From Prorocentrum cordatum (Eukaryota): 64,000 bases of DNA. The translations under genes and the position numbers were made by a program. The notes under the pieces were generated by a model that was given only the letters and a program-made list of their open reading frames with translations, ran no database searches and was not told the DNA's origin. The stretch covers positions 806,001 through 870,000 of the forward strand of contig CAUYUJ010000001.1 of NCBI GenBank assembly GCA_963575745.1, read 5' to 3'. This document shows, in pieces, positions 49,001 through 63,696 of this stretch (its first letter is position 1; every line of letters begins with the position of its first letter).

Positions 49001-50368
49001 AGAGGGCAGTTGGGAGGAGAAGGAGGAGGAGGAGGAGGAGGAGATGAAGGAGGTGGAGGAGCCAGCTGCAGTACCTTCAGCACGAGGATGAGCGGGAGAG
49101 TTAAGCAACGCGCGCGCACACACACACACGTGAGGGTGGGGCAGCACGGGCGCTGAGGAGATAGGACGGCATGGGACAAAGCGAGCAGAGAGCACGCAGG
49201 GTGATGGGCGCTGGTCGCTACACCTGTCCATGCCAGCCATCTTGGGCATGCCGTTGTCGACGTGTTGTGAGAATGTCGCCGACTTCGCCTTGGGCTGTAG
49301 GTCCCAGAGCCAAGGAGACGCAAGCGTGGATTACGTGGTGCGCGGACTGGAGACGGGTCCCGCTTCTGTGCAAAACCAGCGCGCTCCGTCGCCAGATCAG
49401 CCGGCTTGGCCTCATGTGTCGAGGGGTACATTTGCCCCCGCCGCCGCTGGCCCCCCAGCCTCGCTGCTGCTGCTGGCCCCGCGGCGGTGACGGCCGCGCC
49501 ACGCGCCCTTGGGAACGACCCGTTCCCCTGAGCGGCCCCGGCCCGATTCCTCCTCCTCTCCGCCGTCGCTTCGACGTCTTCTCCTCCCCTCTTGCATGGT
49601 GGCACAGTTCGCTCAACGGCCGTTTCGCTTCCTCGCCAGCGCAGTGACTCTGCCCAGCCGCCGACGTAAAAAGTGTCGGGGGGGTACCCTCCCCAACACA
49701 TGGAGCTTGTCGGGGGGTACCCTCCCCCAGGGCTCCCTTCTCTGAGTCCGCACGGCGTCTGGGCCCGCTCGGCCGCCGACTGGGCAGGCGAACGGGCCCA
49801 GCTCCGACAACACACCGGAGAAGCGGTGCTGGCTCGGCCGCCGATGGGGCTCGATCCTGCGTCCGCTCAGCGGCCGCATGGGCTTCGGCGCCGATTGGGC
49901 TCAGAAGGGAGCCCCGGAGGCAGATCCACAGATCTGTACTTCGCAGGTGTTTTCTTTGTTGCCCCAACCCTCCCGAGTTTGCCATGACGAATCAAACCGT
50001 TCAGAAAAGAAGGGAATTCGGACATACACCCCCGGGGGCTCTTCGGACGCATCCCTCCCGAGGATGGGCGCCCCCGTACCGTATGTTCCCGGGTCGGGCC
50101 CCAAGTTTTAGGCCCATTCGAAAACCCCACAAAGTCTGGGATAGGGGTCGACATATCCCCTGTCGGCGGCGAGCGACGGGGGGGTGAAGTGAGAAGGGGC
50201 GGACCTTCTCAGAAGGCTCGGAAGACCTGATGCATTCTGACAAGTTGGTTAAGCCCTCCCCGAAGACACAGAGGAAAATTTTCAGAAGGCGCAAGGCTTC
50301 TGAGAAGTGCCGCCGCCTTCTGAAAAGGCCTTCTCCTCCCACTTCCCCCCCTCGCTCACCGCCGAGTA

Positions 50369-51249
50369 TCGAAGACGCCTACGGCGAATCACCGCCGCCC
50401 CCTGCCTTTTTGGAAGCGCCTATGTGGCCGAACGTTGAGGCCAGACCTGCCAAGCTATCGGACCACGTGTTCCCCGAATCGGTTTGGAAAGCCTTCGGGG
50501 AACACGTGGGCATCTTGAAGGTCATCTTGGCCGTCTCGGGCCAGCTTCGAGCCAACTTCGGCCATCTTGGTGGGTTCCTGGCACGTCTGAAGCCGTCGGA
50601 AGCCGTTTGGGGGGCCTCTATGGGCCGACTTGGGGCCCGCTTGGAATGCTCCAGGGCCGTCTTGGAGGCCATCTTGGGCGTCTGGGAGGCCATCTTGGGC
50701 GTGTTGGAGGCCTCTTGGGCCCTCTTGGGGCCCTCTAGGGGCCATCTTGGAGGCCACTTGGGCCATCATGGGGCTCTCTTGGGGGCCTCTTGGGCGATCT
50801 TGGGGGCTTCTTGGGCCGTCTTGAGCCGTCGGAGAGCCGAAAAGGCGCAAATGCCAAAATCCTTCAAAAACCAAGGGAAAATCAATGATTTTGGCCTCTT
50901 CGGACTCTCCTGGAGGACCTCTTGGAGGCCTCTTGGGCCGTCTGGGAGGCCTCTGGGGGGCCTCTTGGGCCGTCTTGGGCCGTCTTGGACTCTCTTGGGC
51001 CGTTTTGGAGGCCGTCTTGGACCATCTCGGGCGGACTTGGAGGCCATCTTGGGCCATCTTCGCGATTTTTTGAGGACGTCCCGAGCGAAACGGCCGTTTT
51101 GGGGCATTGACAGATGGATTTTGGGAAAATTGCGGGTGGCCGGCGGGACGGGCCGAAGCCCATTGGGGAGTTCTTTTAGAAAAAGAACCAAAACCAAAAC
51201 GTGAATCATCCAGCACGCCGTGCACCCCTGCAAGCAGGGGGCGGCGGAT
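50369..51249 (+). mobile_element. Non-autonomous element, copy 2 (same architecture as 17864-18871)
   Basis: CCGCCGCCCCCTGC (50392-50405) is the reverse complement of GCAGGGGGCGGCGG (51234-51247). Hairpin CCCCTGC-AA-GCAGGGG at 51225-51240; ends GGCGGAT. Shares the GGCCTCTTGGG body and the AAT(C/T)(A/C)ATGA.TTT.GCCTCTT block with copy 1. Confidence 0.7.
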
Positions 51250-53922
51250 CTAATGGCATTCGGCCCATCCCGCCGCCGTGCCTGGGTTGTGGGCATGAAG
51301 CCTACTGGATGTTCGTTGGGATCTCGGCCTCTTCGGGGGCCTCTTGGAGGCAGCTTGGAAGCCTCTTGGGGGCCGTTTGGTGGCCTCCTGGGGGCCTCCT
51401 GGGGGCCTTCCTGGGGGCCTCCCGGGGGGCCTGCCTGGGGCCTTCCTGGGGGCCTTCCGGGGGCCTCCTGAGCGCCTCTCTGGGCCTCCTCGCTCGCCGC
51501 CGGCCATCCCCTGTCGGCAAGCCACGTCGGCGAGCGCCCGGCGCACGGGGCCCCGAGGGCCCCCGGGCCCTCGCCGCCCTCGCCTCTCTCCGGGCGGCCT
51601 CGCCCTCCCCGCCTCTCGGGCCCCTCCCCCGCTCGAGCACACCTGGCGGCCTCGAGGAACGGCGCAAGATGAACTCTTCCGCCGTCGGGCAAGCCCGTCC
51701 CAGGGCGGCCGGAAGGTTTACGCCCCCACGGTGGCACCTCGGGGTGTCAAGTTTCCAGCCGCCCTGGGGGCAGGCGCCCCCGGTGACGGAAAAGTTTCTA
51801 TCATACCGTTCGTCGCCCACTAACACACGGAAGGACACCCGGAGTGAGCGAGAGCAATATGCTCGAGAGGCTGGTCGCCAGAGGAGGAGGAGGAGGAGGA
51901 GGAGGAGGAGGAGGAGGAGAAGGTACCCCATACCGCTCCCCTTCTGGGGGGCCTCCTGGGAGGCCCTCGTCGCCACCGCTGGATTCGCATCAAAATTCTG
52001 GTCAGAACGCACGCCCGGCGAGGTCCGGGAAGCAGTGGTACAGGTACCTTTTGGTTTCCCTAATGATCGTGGGGGTGGTCGAGGATTGAAGGAGTGGCCC
52101 GAGAGGGCCCCTGAGGGGCCTGGCACGGGAGGTGCACGTTTCTCCAACCCGCGCTTACCGCACCCCCGTGAACTAACACCCGAGCGAGGGAGGAGATGTC
52201 CAGAGCGAGAGAGAGAGAGAGAGATGGAGAGAGAGATTGAGGGAGGCAGTGGATCAGAGGAGGGAGATACATACGATAGGTTCGTGTCGTGCCGACGCGG
52301 CGGCGGTCCCAGCGCGGGTGTTCACGGCCGAACGCCACCAGTGGCCCGCAATAGGCGGATATCGAAAGATCCTGCGCGACCAGACAGCCGCGACCGTTCG
52401 AGGTTGAACGATCCACGCTGTCCGAAACCACCGCGCAAGTCATCACGACACGAAACCACTGTACCGATACCGCTACCCTTCCCTCCTCTCCGCGACTGGA
52501 TTCGCCTCCACCCGTTTGTCAGAACGCACCCCTGGTAGGTCCAGGGAGTGACGGTGTCGGTTTCATGTTGCTCCCCTGGTGAGGCCGCATTTCCGACCAG
52601 CGAGGCGAGCGAGCAGGCTTGGACCAGGGCCCCCATAACATGGAGACTATGACCAACCAGGAAAGTGGCGCGCCCGAGAAAATTGCAGCTGCCGGTCGAC
52701 ACATTCTCCATTCGTCGTTCCCCCCAGGTGAAATGTTCAAAAGTTCTGGTTAGCAGTGTCCTGGCTTTGGGAGGCCCTGAATGGAGGCAGGGTGGCAGGC
52801 AGGGATGGAGATGCCCCCCACCATCACCGGCGCGCGCGAGCCCCCATACAAGGCGGCGCTCGCAGCGGTCACGGCTGGACAAGCAGGCGGGGCCTCTGCT
52901 GGTTTCGTTGGCTCGAGAGTTCGTGAGGGTTCGTTCGGCGCAGGCGCAAGATGCATGTAGAAGCTACGTGCCATTCGGATGAACAGAAGGCTTAGGGAGC
53001 GAGCACAGGTTTCGGTCTGCGGCAGGCCTCCGTTGGGCTGACAATCTGACTGGTATATTTACGTAGCTAGTTCCTGACTGCCATGGGTCAGCAAATTTAG
53101 TTACTGCGCTACAACTACCCAGTGTTCTTAGGCCAGCCTCGCCACCGTGCCCGGGTTTAGACCAGGGGCCCTTCGGAGGCCTGTCGGGGTCCTTTTGGGC
53201 GTCAGAAGCATTTGGAGTTTCTTCACTCCTCGAGGCCCCTCGTATGCCTTTGTGGGCTCTGGGGACATTCTCAGGGGTCTTGGGTCCATCAAGTTGCAGC
53301 TCGCTGCTCTCTCGATGTGGCACACGCGTCATTGACGCCGCCCGTACAGGCGATAGTATGCCCCAACATGGGCACCGTGGCGACCCTCAGGAGGAGCACG
53401 TTGGTGGCTGTGAAGGGGGATTCAGGAGGGGGTGGAGCATGAGTGCTCAGGAGCAGGTTGAAGCAGAGGGGTGACGCAGAGGTGGAGGAGGTGGGGGAGG
53501 AGGAGAAGTGAGGATGCGGGGGAGGAGGGTGATGTGAGGGCGGAGGAGGAGGAGGAGGCGGAGGAAGCGGAGGAGGAGGAGGAGGACGACGAACAGAAAG
53601 GTCAGAGGCCTCCTGGATGTTCCTCGGAGTCTATTCGGATATCTTTCGCGAGCTTCTCGGAGTCCTCCTGGGGCGTCTTAGGGGGACTTCTCGGAGGAGG
53701 CGGGCGGAGGAGGAGTGCTGGAGGCGGGCAGCACAGCAGACCGGAGCCACCCGCCGCCTCGCGCAGAGGCACAGGCCCGACAGCACCCACGCCGCTCGAC
53801 GGCGGCGTCTCCCCGGGGCGTGCAGCACGCGCGGCAGCCCTCGCGCTCGGCATCGGAGTCATCGAGGAGCAGAGGATGCCGCAATCAGAAGCTGTCGGAC
53901 TTTCTCGGATCGGCGCCTCCGA

Positions 53923-55490
<1,568 letters not shown>

Positions 55491-56965
55491 GTCCTCTGTT
55501 GTTTCCCGGAGTCTGGCGCCAGGAGCTCACGCATGGCCATGCCTGATCAGATGGCGCCGTGCACAAAAGCAAGATGGCCAAGACGGGAGCGCGAGTCTAG
55601 CTGGACTGGGCACCACTGTCAGCTGCACGCTTCAAATACAAATATGATCGGCAGCACGCTTCAAGAAAGTGTCATCGGCTGTACGCTTTATGGAGCAAGC
55701 TCAGGGACAGCACGCTTGCTTGTTTGAGTTGCGTCGTCGTTGTTGCGGAATTGTTGGCCCCACGGACTCGTGCGTCGCAGCCGCAGTTCGGAGCAGCTTG
55801 CTCGAAGTCCAAAGCGCACCGCCTCTCTTGCTCCTGAGCTGACTGACATGATCACTGCAAGGATTATCTGAGTCACTCCGCTTGCCCAACCCGTGAACTT
55901 GGCAAAGAGGATGAGCGCCTCTTTATTGTTTGCACGGTTGCCTGTCTCGCTGCTGCCCCAGAGTTTGCCCAGTGAAAGGTTGGAGAAACAAAAGGTTGAG
56001 CCAGGCCCTGCGGCAGCCGCGAGACTGGCGACCGCTGCGTGGGGCGAGCCAAGAAGTGAATCGTGCGCTGATCCTCTCTTGTCCAGCTCAAGTTTTCTCG
56101 TGGTCACTCCATTTGGGATGCAACTCCAAGGGGTAAATTCAGCATCGCGGCTTGTATACCCGCGGGCTGGCCTAATCCGGCATTATCCCGCTGATCTCGG
56201 CTGGATCCCGTTGAATTCGGCTTCATCCTGTGCTTAATCCAGGCTGGTCGGGCTCAATCGTCTTCTCAATCAGGCCCAGCAGCCCCTATGGGGATTGCCC
56301 ACGAGTTGCCTCCTAGTCGTGCTCATTCCGTCTGCCTCCCCCCCCGATGCCCCTTTCCCCCCCGTCGCCCAGAACACAGCCAGAAGCCGTGGCGCCTCAG
56401 GTGCGACGTGGCCACGGATGCCGGCCTGAGGTCCTTGGCTCGACTCTGGGGAGCCATCGGTTGCGCGCAACAGGAGTGATTCTTTGCTGGAGTGGCCTCT
56501 GGTACGGGCTTCACCTGCGCGCTTGGATATCGGAGGGGGAAAGGGGACCGACACTGCTACGTTTCCCTCGTTTTCGCTTTTTAGTGGTTTTTGAGTGGCC
56601 CTTGTCGCCATGGCTGGATTCTCCTCGACATTCTGATCCGAACGCACCCCAGGAGAGGTCTGCGGAGTAGCGGTATCGATATCTTTCGGTTTCTCCAGGA
56701 GTTGGTCTCCCCGCGGCCCTCTGAAGCCGCGCACCACAGGTCACTCTTGCCCAGCGCCTTCAGATCCGCATTGAAAAGAAGCATGCGGCATCGTAGAAGA
56801 CCATAGTTGGAGCTCCAGCCCTTTCTCTATGCGCCATTTTGTCGAGCCAGATCGATCTGTGAGGGTCCAAGGGCCCGAAAGCAAGCGAATACGCCCGGTG
56901 CGAACAACAATGCAGCGCCCTGATCTGAGGGCAGGGCGGGGGAGCAGAGGCGGGAGAACCGAGAG

Positions 56966-56996
<31 letters not shown>

Positions 56997-57709
56997 CGAG
57001 CAGGGACTTCCAGCGGCGCACGGCGCATGCCCTCGCGGGCTGCTCCACATCCGGCCGCGCGCGGAGGAGGGCAGTGGCACGAAGCAGAACGCTCGCGGCC
57101 TTCTGAGCAGACGCGGGGGCTTCTCAGAGGCCCTTTCCTTCGAGGACTACTTAGCAACAACTGTACAAACATGAACTGTCGGAGGCCCTCGCGGAGTTCT
57201 TGGATCTGCGCTGGGGCCCCCTAGCGGCGCCTCCAGCGCCGCCTCTGGCACGCTCCGCGCGCCAGGGAGGGGGTCTCAGCGCAGATCCGAGAAATCCGCG
57301 CTGGCCTCCAACAGTTATGTTTCTGTCGTTTCTGGGTCCTGTCAGGAGCGTTTGCTCAGCGTGTCGCGCCGCCAGTTCTGGACAACCACGCTTCGGCGCG
57401 ACCGCGGAGTGGAGCCAGACGCTATCAGCCTGCTATCGCTTGTCGTCGGGGCCGCCGCCGCGGCCTTCTGAGCAAAAGGCTCCTGCCCGTCGAGGCTGGG
57501 GGGGCCTGTGAGAAGCCCCTGACCTGCTGAGGCTCAGCGGGCTTCGAAGGCGCAGTCTTGAGCCGCTCCGCCCTCTGAGACTTGGAGGGCGCGAGGGCTG
57601 CCAAAGGCTGAGAGGCCGTCTTAGCATGGCATCGCTCGGACGTGTGCATTTTTTCTCGGCGAGTACCATCGAGGAGCATCTTGGCTGATTTTTCTTGGAC
57701 CCAACCAGA

Positions 57710-57905
57710 TGCAGTCGTGAGCACCGCGTTGTGGCCATCGCTTTCTTTGGAGCTCTCGACGGGACCACGAAGCGTGCGAGGGGTCTGCTGACATGGGTGA
57801 GAAACCGCGTGCGAATTGCGCCGCGGAGGCACTCGGTGGAGCTCCCTATGGAGCCGCGAAACGTGTGATGGGTGTGCCGAACTGGCTGGGGATCTGCCTG
57901 CGAAT
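57710..57905 (+). repeat. Short (leader plus ~2 units) copy of the 90-bp satellite family
   Basis: Leader GCAGTCGTGAGCACCGCGTTGTGGCCATCGCTTTC matches GCAGTTGTGCGAACCGCGATGTGGCCATCGCTTTC at 43774. Confidence 0.8.
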
Positions 57906-58384
57906 TGCGCCGCAGAGGCCGAGCGCCACGCGCGCCAGCACCTCCTCGTCCACCACCTCCGCTGAGAACCTGGCGCTGCTTCTTGCTGTTGGCAAGGGGC
58001 GTGTTCGCCCAGTTTCGCCCACCGGGGGCCCCACCGCCACCGAGAACCCATCGGGGGGGGGGCCCCTGGGCGGTGGCACGCCTGAGCGTCGTCCGGTACC
58101 GGGTCGGCATACGCTGCGCTGGGACAGCGGCTCGAGGACGTCGGGGTGTCTGCGCGCGCCAGGGCACCCGGGTCGCCCAGCCTCGCGCGCGCAAGGCGCC
58201 CTGTGCGCGCGAGGCGCGCGCTCGCATCGGCGTTGTCGGGGGGGCTTCCCCTTAAACGAGGCGTACAAGAAGAGGAAGGAAGAGAAGGATTGGGGTGGAT
58301 TCGTATCGCTGGGCACCCGCACGGCATTGCTTGGAGAACGTTCTCCTGAGCAGTGGTGGAGTGTTGGCTCCATTTGTGCAGTGT

Positions 58385-60779
58385 TCCTCCTTCCTTCCCT
58401 CCTCCTTCCTCCCTCCTCGTCCTCCTTCTCCTCCTCCTCCTCCTCGTTCTCCTCCTCCTCCTCCTCCTCCTGCACCTCCACCTCCTCGTCCTCCTCATCC
58501 TCCTCCTCCACCTCCTCGTTCTCGTCCTCATCCTTCTCCTCCTTCTCCTCCTCCTCCTCCTCCTCCTCCTCCTCCTCCTCCTCCTCCTCCTGCTCCTCCT
58601 TCTGCTGCTGGCGGTTGATGAAGGTAGTCCTGCAACCGCCTTCCTCCTCCTGCTCCTCCTGCTCCTCCTGCTCCTCCTCCTCCACCTCCGCACGCTCGAC
58701 TCCTCCTCCTCCTCCTCCTCCCGCCCCGTCCGAGGCCGAGTCTGGAGCGACCATGTTTCTGCTCCCGCCACGTTGGGCTCTGCGATTGTCAGTGATTGTA
58801 CGTATCATACGAACGGTTGGACGCCGTCGGGGGTCCGCACACAATGAATTCTGCCCAGTGTTGATGGCGCTGCGAGTGATTGTGAATGCTGTCCTGTTCT
58901 GTGGAAAAGAGAGGGATGGAAAGAAGGAAGGCGCCGATAGGAGGAGCAGGAGGCAGAGCAGAACGGGCACGGGGGCGTCTCTCTGACTCGCCCCGCATGC
59001 CTGCCTCGTGAGGGCCTCATGTGAGCCCGTCCCCGACTGGATCCCACTGGCCTGTGGAGGCCTTCTGAGGCCTGGGGTCGGGCGCCAGTCAGTTCGCAGA
59101 GAACTGCAGGCCATGGAGCTGGCTGCCAGGCGCCGAACATAACGAAAACAAGACTCCAACGCGAGGCTCGCCGAGCCGCCAGAGGTCTAGTGGCGGGAAG
59201 TTTGGCTTAGCGTGTCGTTCCGACGGTTCTGGCCCAACACGCCTCGGTGCGACACGCTATCCACGTACCCACTCCCAAACGTCCCGAGCCTGTACCCGCA
59301 TCCCGCCCTGCGGAGCGGGGCGACACGCTGTCCGCTCGCAAGGCATAGCGTGTCGCCGGGGCCGCCGCCGCGACTCGGCATGCAAAGGTTCCCGGCCGTA
59401 GATCCATCCCCCTCAGAAAGCGGCCGCTGGGCCTGTCCCGGGGTGCCTGCGGACCAGAATCCCGCGGCGGATTCGGCCGCAGCAGCGAGTCCGAGTCGGC
59501 AAAGGCAGCCTGGGGGATCGGTCTTCGGGGACCTCGGCGGGCGGGGGATGTGGATAGACGCGGGCCCCGGAGGCCAGATCTGGACGCACTCCACCACCAG
59601 CAGCGGAGGTCCCATCTCCCATGCGGCAACGGTTCATGGGCAGATGCCCGCCTCGCAGGAGCAGGGGCAGGGGGAGTCGCGACACACACGACCGCGGCCT
59701 CTCCTTCGAGCACGCCGGCCATGACCGGGTCGGACCTCTCACGGCCACGGGTCGGCGGCGAGGTCCGAGTTTCTTCTGCTTGCCGAGCGGCACCGTGCCC
59801 TCGGGCCGTGGCGACGAGGACACCCGAGAGCATCCCCCCAGCCAAAAGACCTGTATTCGAGCCTCCGATCCTCGGAGGCCTCCCCGCGGGTGCCTTCTCC
59901 CGCCCCCAGGTCGCTAGCGGAGGACGGGGGCTCCTTGCTCGAGCAGGCGCGCGGGCAGAGGGGGAGCGTGGGGGAGGACGGGGGAGCGAGGAGGAGGAGG
60001 AGGGAGGAGGGATGAGGGAGGAAGAGCGATGGGGAAGAGAAGGAGGAGGAGGAGGAGGAGGAGGAGTGTAAACTCAAGATGCGTCAACGATGTTGCAATT
60101 AACCCTCCCTGCAAGTTCCTTCTACAAGTATCCCTAAACTTGTTCTCATTGCGGGAAGTGGCCCATCAGAAGACAATCGTCTGAGAATCTTCCATCGTGC
60201 GAAAACACAGTTCCTGCGTCTTCGACGCCGCGAATCAACGTGACTGTTGGGGCTTCACCACTGCGAGTCAGTGTGACCGTTGAGCTCTGAGCGCCAGAAC
60301 ACCACTCCTGGGACTTCGACTATACGAATGTTTGAAACGGCTGTAGGCATGTAAGACGAATGCTCGCGGCGCTAAGGCGAGAGCCACAGTTTGAATACGG
60401 CCTGCCCTCCATCTGTGAAGCTGTGCCAAACGTTTAAAACGAACGTGCGCGGCGCAGAAGCGAGAGCCACATTTTGAAAACCGCCCGCCCCCCCCCCCCA
60501 ATCCAGAAGTTTGCTGCACACTGTTCAAATTAATGTACGCGGTGCCTAAACGAAAGCCACATGTTGAAAACAACCTGCTCTCCATCCGTGAAGCAATTGC
60601 AAATGGAAAGTTTCAGGATCACAGATGGCGATGATGTCTCAGGCGAAAAACCTGGCCTGTCCTACCCACACGCAGAAGTTACTTAGAAGGAAACTGGACT
60701 GAGGAGGGGGACGCTAGACGAAGCAAGGTACTTCTTCGGAGGAAGAACATCCGAGACGTCTTATGGAACACGGAGGGAG

Positions 60780-60810
<31 letters not shown>

Positions 60811-61075
60811 GGAGGAGGAAGAGGAGGAGGAGGAGGAGGAGGAGGAGGAGAAGAAGGACGAGGAGGAGGAGGACGACAACGACGAGGAGGAGCGAGGAGA
60901 AAGGAGGGAGGAGGGAGGAGGGAGGAGGGAAGAGGCCGAGTGAGGGAGGGAGGGCGGGAGAAGCAGGGAGGGAGGAGGAGGAGAAGAAGGAGGAGGAGGA
61001 GGAGGAGCGAGAAGCGAGGAGCGAGGAGCGAGGAGGGATGAGGAGAGCGAGGGAGGGAGGGAGGAGGGAGGAGGA
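58385..61075. repeat. (CCT)n 58385-58720 and (GGA)n 59990-60065 and 60775-61075 microsatellites
   Basis: Directly visible. Similar tracts occur at 36490-36700, 46930-46997 and 48045-48120. Confidence 0.9.
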
Positions 61076-61184
61076 TGTTGGATCGTGGATCTGATTCAAC
61101 CGCTGGCTGGTCAGAAGTAGGAGCGGCACCCAACTTGCAAAATGAGGCCGGAGCTGGACCCCAAACAGTGCACACACGTGCCAC

Positions 61185-61219
<35 letters not shown>

Positions 61220-61329
61220 CCTCTTCCTATATTTTTATAAGCCCGGGCGGGGGGGCCCAAAACCGGACTCCCGGGATCTGTGGCTTTGGGACCCTCCAGA
61301 CGGGCCTCGAAGCGGCCCCCGGGCCTCAC

Positions 61330-61930
61330 ATGGCGCTTTGCCAAGCCTTCCCAGAACACCTAGGGCGATCAGGGGGGACATCGGAGACGTCCCAGAGACC
61401 CCCAAGACAGCACAAGAGCGCTCCAAGAGTGACCGACGTGACCTCAAGATGGCCCAAGAGGCCTCCAGGACGGCCCCAAAGAGGCCTCCAAGAGCACTCC
61501 CAAGAAGGCCCCCCGAGGCAAAAATCATTGATCTTTTATTGGTTTTTGGTGAATTTTAGGGTGTTCCTCTTTTCGGCTTCCCGACGCTCCAAGACGGCGG
61601 TCTTCTGGGCGTCCGAAGCCGCCTGGGAGGCTCCACAATCGCCCCACAACCATCCGAAAGGGTTTCCAGGCAGTCCAAGAGAGCCCCAAAACGGCACAAC
61701 ACGGGTCCAAGATGGCCTTCAGAGCGCCCCATGGCGGCCCAAGATGGCCCAAAGACACCCTCCGAAGAATTCCAAATCGTGATTCGGTCGTTCAGGGAGA
61801 CCGCGAGGCAGGGTGGCCCGAGGAAGCCCCCGGAGGCCCCCAGAATACGCCCAGGAGGTCTCCAGAAGGCCTTAAGAAAGCCTGAAACAACTTTTGTGAG
61901 GCCCCTAGAGGCTCTCCAAAGAGGAGCCTC
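61330..61930 (-). repeat. Reverse-oriented body of the GGCCTCTTGGG (CCAAGAGGCC) repeat family; termini not found
   Basis: CCAAGATGGCC / CCAAGAGGCC units, and CCGAGGCAAAAATCATTGAT, the reverse complement of the block at ~50878. Confidence 0.7.
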
Positions 61931-63696
61931 CGCAAAAAAGAGCTGCGGAGGATGGGGAGAATGCGCAGGGCATGGCGAAAATAAGGAACAAGAAACATGG
62001 AGGAAGGATAACGAATAACATTATTATAGCGGCGATGCCAGAAAAGGCAACCAGGAGTTATCGCTAAATTGCCGGCTTGACCTTCCTGCTATTCCGCCTG
62101 CATACCAAACTTCAAGGACCAAGGTGCAGGGCGCGAAGCGCCACTGCAGTCTTGTATATATATATATATGTATATGTATACAAGTGGCACGTGTGTGCCC
62201 AGGCTCATAGAAGTGATGCAAGATGGGCTGGCGGAGTGAGCGAAGCGATTAACAAGAGAAGTGTAAGCACGATTTCCACCAGCCGATCTGTTTCACTAGA
62301 CAACTTGTGGAGGGAAAAAGAAGGAGGAGAAGAGGAGGAGGATAGCTGCTGGGAGTGAAATGCAATAGCGAGGTCGCACTCGAGCGCAAGTGGGGTTGCC
62401 ACACCTTGCGATGTGTGTACTAGGGCCCCCCAGGAAGCCTCAGGAGGCCCGACTTGGATACCGGAAGAGACTCCAGGAGGCCCCAGGATTGTGAGTGTTG
62501 TGTGGGTGTGTGTGTGTGTGATGTGTGCTCTGTGTTGAGCGTGTCTTCTGTGCGTTGTATGTGTGTGTGTGTTATGTGTTTCTAGCGTGTGATGTGTTGG
62601 GTGTGATTTGTGTAAGAGGCTCCAGGAGGCCCCAGGAGGCCCCAGGAGTTTCCAGGAGACCCCCAGGAGGCTCCAAGGCGGGGTCTGGGGCACCAGAAGG
62701 TACAGAAAGCCCCAGGAGGTTCGAGGAGGCCCCCAAGAGGTTCCGAGGCAGGGTCTTGGGTACCAGAAGGTACGTCGGGGCTCGATGTTGGGAGGATGTC
62801 TCAGGCGAAACCGCCATGTTTTGAGAATCGGGATAAAAATCATTGACATTGCCATGTGTTTGAAGGTTTTATGTTAACATGTTGAAATTCCTATGTGTGT
62901 TTGGACCCTGACGTCACGATCTCTGTGAGGGGTGCCACCGATTTTCCGAATTTCGAGGATGTCCCTAGCGAAACGGCTAGAAAAATCGCGAACGACGCGG
63001 CGCGTATGCATTAATCGCCTCTGAGCCCTTCTCCCTCGGAGAGGTGCGTATGAGAGCGTGTGTATATATATATATATATAGATATACATGTATATATAAA
63101 TATATATAGAATCGATTCGCATATTATATAATAGAATCAAATGAGCTACAATACAGTACAATATATACATATGTATATAGATTCAACCATCCATAATTGC
63201 ATGCATATCTGCATACATACATACATGCATGCATACATACATACATGCATACATACGTCTATATATACACAGATATAGCTATACATAGAAAGAGAAGGAG
63301 CTAATCCAACCCAGATCCACCAATCCCAAATGCACCCACACCTCACTACCCCTCATCACTCATCATTCTTCGCGGTCCACTGTAGCGGCCCAAGAGCGGC
63401 GGCATGCTAGCATAGAGGATGGCGGTCGGGCGTGTCCACCGCTAGCGTCAACGGCTATCCAGACCTGGGGGGGAGGAACGCGGGGAAGAGGGGGGAACAA
63501 CGAGAGGGCGGAAGAAAGACGGGACACAGACCCAGAACCTCCAGAACGTTTCGACCTCGGACCTCCTACCTGCACGGGCGACCGGCGACGCGACACATCA
63601 ACATGCACGGCACATGTTGCCTGAGATTGACGAAGCACACCTCAGGCATTGGAGGAGGGAGGCAGGTGGAAGGGAGGAAGGTGGAAGGGAGGGAGG

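Noticed and set aside
50230..51225. 324-aa and 256-aa ORFs (also 17562..18539)
   Set aside because: They derive from the GGCCTCTTGGG repeat body of non-autonomous elements, which is open on both strands.
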